Shown here: one piece after another, positions 27,530 through 38,358 of the stretch
How positions within the stretch are numbered: position 1 is the first letter of the stretch
Layout of the letters: the number at the start of each line of letters is the position of its first letter
Assembly: GCA_965223905.1 (NCBI GenBank)
Contig: CBDCXV010000001.1
Span: 96,001 to 160,000, forward strand
Source of the DNA: Candidatus Latescibacterota bacterium
GTDB taxonomy: Bacteria > Latescibacterota > UBA2968 > UBA8231
DNA length: 64,000 nt
Direction of reading: 5' to 3'
Program-made: the position numbers and the translations under genes
The notes under the pieces: model-generated
What the model saw: only the letters and a program-made list of their open reading frames with translations
Told to the model about the DNA's origin: nothing
The model's database searches: none

Positions 27530-27570
27530 AAAAGAGCGGCGCACCGCTCGAAAGCGCGCCGCTCTTGTTG
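27530..27570 (-). terminator. Rho-independent terminator after the sigma factor gene
   Basis: AAGAGCGGCGC...GCGCCGCTCTT hairpin with a flanking A-run. Confidence 0.75.
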
Positions 27571-27601
27571 GAAAAACCGGAATCCGGGCCGGGCCTTCTT
27601 T

Positions 27602-28453
27602 CTAAACCTCCTCGGCCAGTGCCTGCAGGAACTGGTAGCGCGACGGATGCCGGAGCCGGCTCAGTGCCCTCTCCTTTATCTGCCGCACACGCTCGCGCGT
27701 AACCCCTATCAGGCTGCCGATCTGCTCGAGGGTCAATGCCTCCTTGCCGTCGAGTCCGAAATAGAGACGAATGATCCGCTGCTCCCTGTCGTCGAGACTG
27801 GCGAGGACGCTTTCGAGTTGGTTCCTGGCGGAATCGCGCATCACGTCCGAATCCGGAGCCCGCTGGCTGGTGTCGGGCAGGACGTTCATCAGCGAGCGCT
27901 TCTCGTCGTCTTCGAAGGCGCCGTCGAGAGAGCTCACGGGGCGAGCGCTGAGAATGGCGTCGGTGACGACGTCGGCCGGCAAATCGAGCTCCTTGGCGAT
28001 CTCGTCGACATCCGGCTCCTCTTCGCGGCCCTGTCCCAGCCGTCTGGAGGCTTTCGAGATGTCTTTCAGGAGGCTCAGTTTGTTGAGCGGGAGCCGCACA
28101 GTGCGCACGTGCTCGGCGATGGTCTGCAGGATGGATTGACGGATCCACCAGACCGCGTAGGAGATGAACTTGTAACCCCTGGTTCCGTCGAAGCGCTCGG
28201 CTGCCGTCATCAACCCGAGATTGCCGGCGCTGATCAGATCTGCAAAAGAGAGGCCCCGATTCTGGTAATTCTTTGCTACGTCGATGACGAACCGCAGATT
28301 CGCCTGAACCAATTCATCACGGGCTTCCATGTCGCCGTCTTTGATGCGCGCGGCGAGTTCGACTTCTTTCTCACGAGAAAGCGGCTCGGAGTGGGCAATA
28401 TCGTCGAAATAAGACCGTAGAGAGCTCTCGCGGTCGCTGAGGGTTTCCAGCAT
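27602..28453 (-). CDS. RNA polymerase sigma-70 factor, RpoD/SigA family, short form without region 1.1
   Basis: ANLRFV, GNLGL, KFISYAVWWIRQSI, VRLPLNK, TLEQIG...TRERVRQI. Confidence 0.95.
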   Translation of the reverse strand: MLETLSDRESSLRSYFDDIAHSEPLSREKEVELAARIKDGDMEARDELVQANLRFVIDVAKNYQNRGLSFADLISAGNLGLMTAAERFDGTRGYKFISYAVWWIRQSILQTIAEHVRTVRLPLNKLSLLKDISKASRRLGQGREEEPDVDEIAKELDLPADVVTDAILSARPVSSLDGAFEDDEKRSLMNVLPDTSQRAPDSDVMRDSARNQLESVLASLDDREQRIIRLYFGLDGKEALTLEQIGSLIGVTRERVRQIKERALSRLRHPSRYQFLQALAEEV

Positions 28454-28996
28454 GACTCTCCTTCTGTTTGTGGATTATTAATTAGGGGGGCCTGAAAACG
28501 CGAAACTCCTCTCTCCTTCGCGATTCCGGCCGAATGGTGTGCAGAAAGTGCAGCCTTCGCCTTTTATGATACGGCGCGACAGATGCCAGAGCAACTAATT
28601 ATTCCAGACTCCGGCCACGACTCTGTAACGTCATATAACATATTGTTTTATATACGGTTATGTTTTCCAAGATATCGACCAGGTGCTGCCCCAAGCGGCC
28701 TAAGTCGCTCGGAGAAAGATCCTTAGCGCCGAGATGCCCGATTATCTCTACCATCCTTGCTTGCGGGTTTTCGCCTGCAACAGCGGAGATTTCCAGCTGC
28801 CATGCGGCGGTCTGCGGATCGCCGAAATCCCCGAAATCCTGCTTCCTGGACCGTCCTCGATACACGCGAGACGTGCTCGTGAAATAGCGCCTTGTCCCGG
28901 AAGCGGGGCCGCAGGAACGGCACCCGAGCCTGAAATGAGCTGGGCGGCTTGATTGCGGAACCCTGTGGGACACGGCAACAACCCGGAGGAATCCCC

Positions 28997-30442
28997 ATGC
29001 GCCAGAAGCGAATCATCTACCACAACGACGCCCGCCATTACTACCTGTTCGTGTTCGAGCCCCCCATCTCCCTGGAGGACGCCTGGACACCGGTCGATGA
29101 AGTTGCCGGCACCGCGGTCGATACCATCGCCTACGGGATCCAGCGCGGCGACGGTTTGTTCTACCCTTCCGATGTCGCGTTGCAGTTCGGCTCCGACATG
29201 ATGCCTTTCGAGCAGGCGGCCTACTGGCGCACCTGGCACAACATGAAGAGTCTCGAAGAGCGCGGGCTCGATCCGCTGCAGCTTCTCATCGACCGCGCTC
29301 ACGACAAGGGCATGGACTTTTTCGCCACCGTTCGCCTGGGCAGTTACGGCGGCATGGACCCGGCCCACGCGGTAGCCCAGGGCGGGCGCGGTCTAGGTGC
29401 CCCGGAAGTCCGCGAAGGCCAACGCGCCATCGTCGAAGAGCTCGTGAACCGGTACCCGCTCGAGGGTGTCGAGCTCGACCTGGCGATTCCGGGAGGCGGC
29501 TCCCTCATCCAGCCGGAAGAAGCCGAGTCCCTGATCCCGGAGCTCACCGAGTACGTCGCGCAGATATCCCGCATGGTGCGAGCCGGACGCGACGGCATTC
29601 AGGTTGGAGTGCGCGCCCTGCCGACGGAGGAGCTCAACCTGGGGCAGGGGCTCGACGTGCGCGCCTGGCTGCAGAACGGCTCCCTCGATTTTGTCATTCC
29701 CATGCGCTACGGCTACATGGTTCTCGATCCCAACATGCCCAGCGATTGGCTGTTGGATGCTGCGCATGACGCCGACGTTGCGTTTTTCGGATGTCTCCAG
29801 CCGTACGTCGACGACCAGATTACGGGGGCGGCCGTGCGCCAGTTTCCCAGCAGCGAACAGATGCGGGCCGCGGTCGCCAATCAGTGGAGCAAGGGAGTGG
29901 ACGGCCTCTACACCTGGTTCATGGACTGGCCGCTGGGGGATGCGCAGCGCAGCATGTTGAGTGAAATGGGGGACCCCGACCTCGGGGCGCGGAAGGACAA
30001 GCAGTACGTCCTCGTGCGCACTCCCGAGGACGACCACTTGCACTACCGCTCACCTTTGCCGATTCGAATCGCGGCCGACGATGTGGGGACTCGCCATCCG
30101 GTGCCCTTCTACATCGCCGACGACATCGAGGGGGCCGGCGATCAGATCCGCGAGGTACTCCTCGAAATCGTGGTAACCGACCTGGTTTCGACCGACCGCC
30201 TCGAGATCCTGCTCAATGGGGAATCCCTTCAGAACGAGGCCTGCCGCCGCGGCTTCGGCGATCCGATCAACCGCTACGGCGCCCAGGCGCTGACCTTCGA
30301 TCTACGCGGCGTACGCCCCCGGAAAGGAGACAACCTTCTGGAAATCACCCTCGATGGCCGGGCATCCGGATTGGCGAGCCCACTGGTCGTACGCGAGGTG
30401 AAGATCACGGTCAATTACCACCCCTTTCCCGCACGCCTGTAG
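28997..30442 (+). CDS. Putative glycoside hydrolase-like TIM-barrel protein (GHL10/DUF187-like)
   Basis: IIYHNDA, DPLQLLIDRAHDKGMDFFATVRL, ELVNRYPLEGVELD, GVDGLY; SD GGAGGA. Confidence 0.6.
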   Translation: MRQKRIIYHNDARHYYLFVFEPPISLEDAWTPVDEVAGTAVDTIAYGIQRGDGLFYPSDVALQFGSDMMPFEQAAYWRTWHNMKSLEERGLDPLQLLIDRAHDKGMDFFATVRLGSYGGMDPAHAVAQGGRGLGAPEVREGQRAIVEELVNRYPLEGVELDLAIPGGGSLIQPEEAESLIPELTEYVAQISRMVRAGRDGIQVGVRALPTEELNLGQGLDVRAWLQNGSLDFVIPMRYGYMVLDPNMPSDWLLDAAHDADVAFFGCLQPYVDDQITGAAVRQFPSSEQMRAAVANQWSKGVDGLYTWFMDWPLGDAQRSMLSEMGDPDLGARKDKQYVLVRTPEDDHLHYRSPLPIRIAADDVGTRHPVPFYIADDIEGAGDQIREVLLEIVVTDLVSTDRLEILLNGESLQNEACRRGFGDPINRYGAQALTFDLRGVRPRKGDNLLEITLDGRASGLASPLVVREVKITVNYHPFPARL

Positions 30443-30548
30443 GGGCGTGAGTGCGCGCAGGCAAGGGTCGCTATTTCAGGCGGAGGCCCTGGCGAACTCT
30501 GGAAAATGCCCGCCGCTGCATTCAACCGCCGGCCGGCCCTGGTTCCGG

Positions 30549-31587
30549 TCAGGTCGCCACGCCGAGGTCGGCGGCGACGGTTTCTATCTGCGACCACACC
30601 CCATCGGCAATCGGAATCCCCTCGGCTGCGCGGCGTTCCTCGGTTTCGAAGTCGAGCTCTCCCGGCACCAGGACGCGCTCGAACCCCTCGGCATACGCTG
30701 CTGATTTGGCGTAGGCGACGTACTCGCCGAGCTCCTTGCGGAAGGCCCCTTGAGAGGTGAACGCGGCGATGTCGATGGCGAGAATCCAGAAATTGTTGCT
30801 CTCGCCTCCCATGCGTTCCTCGGTGGCGCCGGTCAGAACCGTGCTCAAAACCTGGGCCATCATCGCAAAGCCGAAACCTTTGTAACCCAGGGCTCCACCC
30901 ACCGGCAGGATGGCCCCTCCGGGCCGGCCGTAGAGCGCGTTCGGGTCGGCGCTCGGCCTTCCTGCCGCGTCGACGAGCCAGGTTTCGGGCAGGTTCTTCC
31001 CGCTGTCCCTGCTCAGGCGCACCTTGCCTTCCGAGATGGCGCTCGTAGCCGCGTCGAACAGGATCGGTCGGCCCGGTCGTCGGGGCCGCCATCGATATCG
31101 GGTTGGTTCCGATGCGCCCCTCGCGGCCGCCCCAGGGCGCTACCCAGTGACCGCTCGGCGAGCCGCCGCTGCAGGCTGCAAGTCCCACCATCCCCGCCCC
31201 GGCGATGGCCTCGGTGTAGAGGCTTAGGCAGCCGACGTGCTGAGTCCGGTAGAGGGCGACCGATCCGAGGCCCTGCCGGCCAGCCTTGGCCACCGCCATC
31301 CCGGTAGCGGTGCGGGCGCCGATCTGTCCGAAGTTCCAGTTCAGGTCGAGAAGGGCCGTCGTAGGGGTTTCCCTGACCGTTTCGATCCCGGCGCCCGGCA
31401 CGATCTCGTTTTTGCGGATGTTGCCGACGTACTGCGGGATCCTGAGGACGCCGTGCGAGTCGAGACCTTTGAGGTTGGCGCCCACGAGGTGGTCGGCCAC
31501 GATCCGGGCGTCCTCCGGGAGTACTTCACACGCTTTGAAGATGTCGGACGTCAGTTGGCGCAGGCGGTCTGGCTGGTGCGTCTTCAT
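30549..31587 (-). CDS. Ldh_2 (malate/L-lactate dehydrogenase-like) oxidoreductase; apparent frameshift near 31070
   Basis: ANLKGLDSHGVLR, HVGCL, VAPWGG...GTNPIS, then LFDAATS, GYKGFG, VLVPGE. Confidence 0.88.
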
Positions 31588-31981
31588 CCGCTGCCTCGGT
31601 TTTTGCATGATGAAGTACTGTCGTTGGCGCGCGGGTCGCAGATGGGTTCCGTCGTTGCTGGCTCTTTCCGCAGCTGCACGGTCGCGTGTTCGGCCAGCCG
31701 GTACTGCAGACCCCCAGGTACGCCCGCCTCGGATGTTCTGGCTCCGAGTTGAAGAGAGCGGAGCCGTGTCGGACACCCAAAGCCTGTGTACCGGTTCGGC
31801 GAGTGGTGGAGTTGCCCTGGAATGAAGAGCGTGTTCCGGAACCGCCGCAGGGCCGGCATCCAGGCATGCAGAAAGAAGGATGAAAGTAGAAGGTTGCCCG
31901 CCATCCGCGAGAGACAGTGGGATTCTGAATTCCGAGCCCGGAAGCAGCGTCCCTTTCTCTCAGCAGTTATTGCGGGGGGTG

Positions 31982-32068
31982 TGGTGCCGAAGGTGGGACT
32001 CGAACCCACACGACCTGATGGTCACTGGATTTTGAATCCAGCGCGTCTACCAGTTCCGCCACTTCGGC
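31982..32068 (-). tRNA. tRNA-Leu(CAA)
   Basis: GCCGAAGTGGCGGAACTGGTAGACGCGCTGGATTCAAAATCCAG...GGGTTCGAGTCCCACCTTCGGCACCA; long variable arm; encoded CCA. Confidence 0.97.
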
Positions 32069-32099
32069 TGTTGGAGCCAGGAGATGGCTCGACCGCCCT

Positions 32100-32711
32100 T
32101 TATCCGTACAGCTCGTCTGTCCTGTCTGCCTTGGGCTTCCCGAAAATCTCGGCGTAGACGATGGCGTCCCGCGCCGTTTTTCGGGTGAGGCTCCACTTGC
32201 CGCGGCGTTTTCGCTTCGAAACTTGTACCGTCTTTACCGGCTTGAGCCGCGGCGTGGCACGCTCCCGGACGCGCTCGGCAGGTTGGCGACCGCTCGCCCT
32301 CTGTTCGAGCTGGCGGACCCGCTCCTGGTCGGCGCGAACCCGCTCATCCTCGGCACGGGCGCGTCCTTCCTCTTCCCGGGCGAAATCCTCGAGCCGCTGG
32401 AAAATATTGGGGCGGCTCGGCGGCTCCGGCTCCTCCCGGTCGCCGACAACTTCGGCCGCCGCCGGCTCCGGGGAGCGTTCCTCCCCCAGCTCTTCCTCCG
32501 CCGGCCGGGAAGACCGGCGCGGGCGCACCGGCTCGAAGGGATCTCCCCCCATGGGAAAGGGCCACGTCTCTTCCCTTTCTTCCTCCCGTTCCGCCTTCTC
32601 CGGCGTGCCGGCCTTGCGCTGCTCTTCGCGCTGCCTCTTGCGCTTGCGTCGCTCGAGCAGCGCCGAGACAACGCTGAAGAGCACGAACAGCAGGAATAGT
32701 AGTTGCTCCAC
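32100..32711 (-). CDS. Membrane-anchored charged protein (YqfB-like position in the floA operon)
   Basis: N-terminal TM, low-complexity middle, C-terminal RDAIVYAEIFGKPK. Confidence 0.75.
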   Translation of the reverse strand: MEQLLFLLFVLFSVVSALLERRKRKRQREEQRKAGTPEKAEREEEREETWPFPMGGDPFEPVRPRRSSRPAEEELGEERSPEPAAAEVVGDREEPEPPSRPNIFQRLEDFAREEEGRARAEDERVRADQERVRQLEQRASGRQPAERVRERATPRLKPVKTVQVSKRKRRGKWSLTRKTARDAIVYAEIFGKPKADRTDELYG

Positions 32712-32757
32712 GACTCCTACCGCTCCTCAGCGCGCCTCGAAGCCGACCGCGGACGGG

Positions 32758-33735
32758 CTACTCATCTTCTGCGCCGTCCGTCTCCGAAATCGAGGTCCGC
32801 ATTTCGGTGTCGGACTGAATGTTGCGCATGCGGTAATAATCCATGATCCCGAGGTTGCCGCTGCGGAACGCCTCCGCCATCGCGCGCGGTACCTCGGCCT
32901 CCGCTTCCTTGACCCGGGCGCTCATCTCCTCGACAAGTGCGTTCATCTCCTGCTCGCGGGCCTGCGCCATGGCGCGGCGCTCTTCCGCCTTCGCCTGGGC
33001 GATTTTGAGATCGGCGTCGGCCTGCTCGGTCTGCAGCTTGGCGCCGATGTTCTCGCCGACATCGACATCGGCGATGTCGATCGACAGAATCTCGAAGGCG
33101 GTGTTGGAATCGAGTCCCTTCCCCAGCACCGTCTTGGAGATGTTGTCCGGATTCTCGAGCACCTGCTTGTGCGTCGACGCCGATCCGACCGTGGTGACGA
33201 TCCCCTCGCCGACCCGGGCTATTATGGTCTCTTCGCCCGCGCCTCCTACCAAGCGATCGATGTTTGCGCGCACGGTGACGCGGCAGGTCGCCTTCACCTG
33301 GATACCGTCCTTGGCGATGGCGGCGATCAGCGGTGTATTGATCACCTTCGGGTTGACGCTGACCTTGACCGCTTCCAGCACGTCGCGTCCGGCCAGATCG
33401 ATCGCCGTCGCGCGTGCGAAGGCGAGCTCGATGTTGGCCTTGTCTGCCGAAATCAATGCCAGGATCACCGCCTCGACATTTCCGCCAGCCAGGTAGTGGG
33501 CTTCCATGCGGTCCAACTCTACGTCCAAGCCCGCCTTGGTGGCGCTTATTTTCGGCCTGACGATCGCTGCGGGCGGAACCTTGCGCAGCCGCATTCCCAC
33601 GAGGTCGCGGAAGATCCCCACTTTGACGCCGGAGAAGTACGCCGTGATCCACAGCCCGATCGGAACGAAATAGGTGAACAGGCTCAAAAAAATGATGATC
33701 GCGAACAGAATCGCGACATAGAACAGTGCTTCCAT
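32758..33735 (-). CDS. floA: Flotillin-like protein FloA (UPF0365/YqfA)
   Basis: [57 protein letters not shown]. Confidence 0.95.
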   Translation of the reverse strand: MEALFYVAILFAIIIFLSLFTYFVPIGLWITAYFSGVKVGIFRDLVGMRLRKVPPAAIVRPKISATKAGLDVELDRMEAHYLAGGNVEAVILALISADKANIELAFARATAIDLAGRDVLEAVKVSVNPKVINTPLIAAIAKDGIQVKATCRVTVRANIDRLVGGAGEETIIARVGEGIVTTVGSASTHKQVLENPDNISKTVLGKGLDSNTAFEILSIDIADVDVGENIGAKLQTEQADADLKIAQAKAEERRAMAQAREQEMNALVEEMSARVKEAEAEVPRAMAEAFRSGNLGIMDYYRMRNIQSDTEMRTSISETDGAEDE

Positions 33736-33797
33736 TACCGCCTCCTTCGTTGCACAGGTAGCCGCCGGTGCCTCGTTGGCGCCCGCGGTCAGTGCAC

Positions 33798-34313
33798 CTA
33801 TGAATCGCTCTCCGGTCGTGGCTCCTGAACCACGACCCGGTTGCCGTGCACCTGCATCACTTCCACCCGGGATCCTGGATTAATGAAATCCCCCTCGGTC
33901 ACGACGTCCACGACGCGGTCGCCGAACTGCGCCCGGCCGCTGGGCCGCAGCGGGGTAAGGGCGACCCCTTTCTGCGCCAGCAACTCGGTGAACCCGACCG
34001 GCGTCGACTCGTAGCCGGAAGCCTTGTCGGTTTCGGTTTCGAGCACCAGCCGCTGCCAGGCGCGGTTGCGGATCAGAAATACGACCAGGGAGACCGTGCC
34101 GGCCAGTCCCAGAAGCCCGACCACAACCGCCGCTTCCACCCCCAGTTTCCTGTAGGCCAGGAGGACGCCGACACAGACCGTGCCGAACCCCATGATGCCG
34201 AAGATGTTGAACCCCGGGATGACGAAGATCTCGAGCAGGATGAGCACGAACCCGAGAATCAAAAGCCCGATCGAGTAGAGCCACGGCATGAGCTCGGGAC
34301 CGAAGGCGCTCAC
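33798..34313 (-). CDS. Short NfeD-family membrane protein
   Basis: [34 protein letters not shown]; GTG overlaps the upstream TGA. Confidence 0.88.
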   Translation of the reverse strand: MSAFGPELMPWLYSIGLLILGFVLILLEIFVIPGFNIFGIMGFGTVCVGVLLAYRKLGVEAAVVVGLLGLAGTVSLVVFLIRNRAWQRLVLETETDKASGYESTPVGFTELLAQKGVALTPLRPSGRAQFGDRVVDVVTEGDFINPGSRVEVMQVHGNRVVVQEPRPESDS

Positions 34314-35782
34314 GACGGCCTCACGATAACCCGGTTGCCGCGCGCCTCCACGACCCTCACGGCTGTGTGCTCCTCGACGAACTCTCCCTCGGCAATGATA
34401 TCCAGCCGCTTGCCGCCGAACATCCCCATACCGGTTGGCCGCAGGGCGGTCAGGGTTACCCCCTCCTGCCCGACGAGACCCGAATCCCGGTCCGTAGGCG
34501 TACCGACGTACCCCTCCTTCGCGGAGGTTTCGCTGCGGAGGATGAGCCGGTTGAACAGGGCGAACCTCGGCAGCGCCCGCAACAGGATGGCGGCGCCGAC
34601 GATGGCGAGTATCATCGAAAGGGCCAGCTGTCCGATCACCGCGGAGATCTGGTCGAGGCTCCACCACTGGTAGGAGGGAAGGCGGGTCAGCAAGAGGCTG
34701 GCGACCATGCAGAGAATACCTGCCAGGCCCACGATCCCGAACCCGGGAATGAAGGCGATCTCGACGACCAGCAGGACGAGGCCGACTACGAACAGCGCAA
34801 GCTCGTCCCATTCCGCCAGATGCACCACGAGGTGACTGCCGAAGAAAAGCGCCAGGGCGATCAGCGCCATCGTGCCTCCCAGGCCCCACCCCGGGGTCCG
34901 CACCTCGGCGATCAGCCCGAAAATCGCAACCGATAGCAGTATGGAGGTGATGATGGGATTGGTCAGGAACCGCACCACCTGCTCGGCCCAGTTGATCTCC
35001 ACCTCGACGATTTCGGCATCTTCGAGGTCGTAAATCCGCAGCACGCCGTGAAGGGTTTCCGCGGTCTCGTCGGCGACCCCGTACTGCAGCGCCTCCTTGG
35101 TCGTCAGCGTCGCCGGACGGCCGACCACCTCGCTGAAACCCTCGATCTCGATGCGCTCGTCGACCATCGCTTCGGCGATCTCGGGATCCCTGCCGGTGCG
35201 CTCAGCCGTCGCCCGCATCTCGGCGCGCATCACGGAGACGTACTTGTCCCCCGCCTTTTCACCGCCACCCGAGACTGGCGTGACCGCTCCGATTTCGCCC
35301 CCCTTGACCATGACGATCTTGTCGCAGGACAGCGCGATCAGCGCGCCCGCGGAAATCGCCCTTTTGTTGATGAACGCGATGGTCAGCGGATCGGCGTCGA
35401 TGATGGCGTCCCGGATCACCGTGGCCGCGTCGACGCGGCCACCGAACGTATCGATGTCGAAAACGATGGCGTCGACGCCGGCTTCATCGGAGTCCCTGAT
35501 CGCCCGTTCGACGAAAGCGGTGATTCCGGGATCGATCATCTCCTGCTCGGTGCTGACCGTGTGCATCTCGAGCAGGTGAACGATCGGACGCTCCTTCCCG
35601 TTTTCCCCTTCCGTCTCGTTCGCAGCCGCGGTCTCGGGTACAGGCGCTTCAGCCGGCGCCTCGCTGTCGCTGGCGTCCGCCGCGGCTCCAGGGTCCGGAA
35701 AGAGGCAGAGCATCGCGGCCAGGAAGCCCGTCGAAAACCTGGTGCGGCGTTGTCTTCTTCGATGTAACTGCTTGTGTTTCAT
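34310..35782 (-). CDS. Long NfeD (YqeZ-like) membrane-bound ClpP-class protease
   Basis: IDTFGGRVDAA, AISAGALIAL, AEAMVD, GVTLTALRPTG. Confidence 0.9.
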   Translation of the reverse strand: MKHKQLHRRRQRRTRFSTGFLAAMLCLFPDPGAAADASDSEAPAEAPVPETAAANETEGENGKERPIVHLLEMHTVSTEQEMIDPGITAFVERAIRDSDEAGVDAIVFDIDTFGGRVDAATVIRDAIIDADPLTIAFINKRAISAGALIALSCDKIVMVKGGEIGAVTPVSGGGEKAGDKYVSVMRAEMRATAERTGRDPEIAEAMVDERIEIEGFSEVVGRPATLTTKEALQYGVADETAETLHGVLRIYDLEDAEIVEVEINWAEQVVRFLTNPIITSILLSVAIFGLIAEVRTPGWGLGGTMALIALALFFGSHLVVHLAEWDELALFVVGLVLLVVEIAFIPGFGIVGLAGILCMVASLLLTRLPSYQWWSLDQISAVIGQLALSMILAIVGAAILLRALPRFALFNRLILRSETSAKEGYVGTPTDRDSGLVGQEGVTLTALRPTGMGMFGGKRLDIIAEGEFVEEHTAVRVVEARGNRVIVRPS

Positions 35783-36018
35783 GGCTGTTGTATCGTCAAA
35801 CCCTAGAGTGTACTCCGCCGCGGCGATCGATGTCAACACGGACAGGACCTGTTTTGACCGGCCCCTTGAAGCCCGCTACATTCAGCGCTCGCGGGCACCT
35901 CCGACGATCCGGAGGAACAGGAAAACCTGCCTGCCAGCCGGACACGACGCCAACCCGATCGCGAGCCAGCCAGTCGCTCAATTCTCTCACTCATTCCGGT
36001 TCTTCAAATAGTCAATAG

Positions 36019-37011
36019 ATGGATACGATCCGCTGGGGAATCATCGGCTGCGGTGACGTCACCGAGCTGAAGTCCGGACCGCCGCTCTACAAATGCGGCG
36101 GCTCGGAGTTGGTCGCCGTGATGCGCCGCAACGGAGACCTTGCAGCCGACTACGCCCGGCGCCACGGCGTTCCGCGCTGGTACGACGACGCCGACGCCCT
36201 GATAGCCGACGGCGAGGTGAACGCGGTCTACATCGCCACCCCGCCGGATTCCCACTGTGAATACACCTTGCGGGTTGCCGCCGCGGGAAAGCCGGTCTAC
36301 GTCGAAAAACCGATGGCCCTCACCCATGCCCAGTGCCGGCAGATGAACGAGGCCTGCGCCGCAGCCCGAGCACCGCTGTTCGTCGCCTACTACCGCCGCT
36401 GTCTGCCCGCCTTCGTCAAGGTCGCCGAGCTGTTGCAGGCAGGGGCCGTCGGAGAGGTTCGCTTTGCCACCATTCAGCAGTACGGTCCGCCGAGCGCGGA
36501 CGATCTCGACCTGAACCGTCAGCCCTGGCGGGTCCTGCCGGAAATCGCCGGGGACGGCTACTTCTTCGACCTCGGCTGCCACCAGCTCGACCTGCTCGAT
36601 TTCCTGGTGGGACCGGTCGCCACAGCTAGTGGAATCACCGGGAATCAGGCCGGGCACTACCCTTCCGACGACATCGTCAGCGCCTCTTTCCGGTTCGAAT
36701 CCGGTGCCTTGGGTGCAGGATTGTGGTGCTTCACCACCCATGCCGGAGCCGCCCGCGACCGCACCGAGATCGTCGGCAGCGAGGGCAGCATCTCGTACTC
36801 CGCTTTCGCCCTCGACGAACCGGTCGTCCTCACCACCGATTCCGGCCGGGAGGAGTTTCACCTGCCGCAGCCCGAACACGTGCAGCAGCCGCTGATCCAG
36901 TCGATTGTCGACGCCCTGCGCGGCGAGGGGGAGTGTCCGAGCACCGGGGAGACCGGGGCGCGCACAAACCGCGTTCTGGACCAGATCGTCGCCGCCCCGC
37001 GGCCCGGGTAA
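36019..37011 (+). CDS. Gfo/Idh/MocA family oxidoreductase
   Basis: WGIIGCG, VYIATPP, VEKPMA, DLGCHQLD. Confidence 0.93.
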   Translation: MDTIRWGIIGCGDVTELKSGPPLYKCGGSELVAVMRRNGDLAADYARRHGVPRWYDDADALIADGEVNAVYIATPPDSHCEYTLRVAAAGKPVYVEKPMALTHAQCRQMNEACAAARAPLFVAYYRRCLPAFVKVAELLQAGAVGEVRFATIQQYGPPSADDLDLNRQPWRVLPEIAGDGYFFDLGCHQLDLLDFLVGPVATASGITGNQAGHYPSDDIVSASFRFESGALGAGLWCFTTHAGAARDRTEIVGSEGSISYSAFALDEPVVLTTDSGREEFHLPQPEHVQQPLIQSIVDALRGEGECPSTGETGARTNRVLDQIVAAPRPG

Positions 37012-37327
37012 TTGCCCGCCAAAGGGCGTTGAAACGCCGGACCGCAGGCAACCTCCATAACATGCGACTCGCCTTCATTGCCTGCCGATGGAAGCGGATG
37101 TTTTCGAGAACATCCGCTTACTATGGAGTTCTGGGGGACCCCTCTCCCGGTGCCGCTGGCAGCTGCTTCTGTTGCACCGCGCGATAGCCGTCAGCCCGGG
37201 TGAGGGGTACTGAAGTTCGCATTTCCAGGACGCACTATTTACAAAAAAAATCATGCGCGAGCCTGTGACCTTCGCCTCGTGGGGGCTTGCGAATAGTACC
37301 AGCCTGAGACGCTGAATGGAGAGACGA

Positions 37328-38239
37328 ATGTCACGAGAACCGAACCGCTACATCAATCCCGACCGGGTGATGCTTGGAGAGAATACCCGCAAGGAGGTCC
37401 GTCAGGCGCTGCAAAGCGGCCGGTTGAAAGCGGCCATCGTCCCGATCGGCGCCATCGAGCAGCACAACGAGCACCTTGCCCTCAACGTAGACATTGTCGT
37501 CTCGACGTTTCTTGCCCGGCAGGCTGCCCTGCAGCTTTATCCACAGGTCGTGGTGGCTCCGGGTTGTCCGGTCGGGTACTCCCCCTACCACATGGCGCGC
37601 GAGGGCACCCTGACCCTGCGCAAGGAAACCCTGCGAGCCTACCTGTTCGATGTCGTACAAAGCCTCAAGACGCACGGCATCGCCACCATTCTGGTAGTCA
37701 ACGGACACGGCGGCAACCACGGTCTGCTGCGGGACGTGCTGCCCGAGTGGCGCCGCCGCCTGGGCGTGGTACTGGACGAGGTCTCCTACGCTTCAGGACT
37801 GACCGACGAGGAACGCGCGGATATTCTGCAAGGATACCGGGATCTCAGGGAGGGAAGGCTGGACACCGTAGCACGCCAGACCGCCCTCAACCATGCATCG
37901 GAGGAGGAGACCTCCCTGGTGCTGGCGATTTGCCCTCAGCGCGTTCGCGCCTTCACCATGGAGGAGTACGACCAGGAAGGGCTGGACTATGCGCGCGAAC
38001 TTTCCCCTGAAGTCGAGGAATATCTGGAGCCATTCTCGAAGGAGGGCTGGCCCCGGGCGGGGCCCAACCCCGAGAACCCACGGGACCGCGCCCGGCAGGA
38101 GAACGCCTTGCTCGCCTCGGCGGAAAAGGGGGAGGTGTTGATCGCATGCTACAGCAAGTTTATCGCGGAGAAACTGCAGGGAATGATCGACGGGGCGGAA
38201 GGAGACTCGGCTGGCTTCCGGCACAGTGATGGCTCGTGA
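37328..38239 (+). CDS. Creatininase family amidohydrolase
   Basis: PIGAIEQHNEHL...D, NGHGGN, HASEEETS. Confidence 0.88.
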   Translation: MSREPNRYINPDRVMLGENTRKEVRQALQSGRLKAAIVPIGAIEQHNEHLALNVDIVVSTFLARQAALQLYPQVVVAPGCPVGYSPYHMAREGTLTLRKETLRAYLFDVVQSLKTHGIATILVVNGHGGNHGLLRDVLPEWRRRLGVVLDEVSYASGLTDEERADILQGYRDLREGRLDTVARQTALNHASEEETSLVLAICPQRVRAFTMEEYDQEGLDYARELSPEVEEYLEPFSKEGWPRAGPNPENPRDRARQENALLASAEKGEVLIACYSKFIAEKLQGMIDGAEGDSAGFRHSDGS

Positions 38240-38358
38240 CCAGAATCTCCCGTCTTCCCCTTCACCCTTGCCGCCACGATTCGCAGCCCTTAGCCCTGCA
38301 CAGCGTCCCAACCAACTCTTCGGGGGTGTACGCATGCCCCAATGGCATAGGTGTCTGC

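Noticed and set aside
31600-31981. Possible integrative element at the tRNA-Leu 3' end; a TGGTGGAG tRNA-end-like sequence near 31804
   Set aside because: No integrase, no duplicated tRNA 3' end found in the window, and the match is too short and degenerate.
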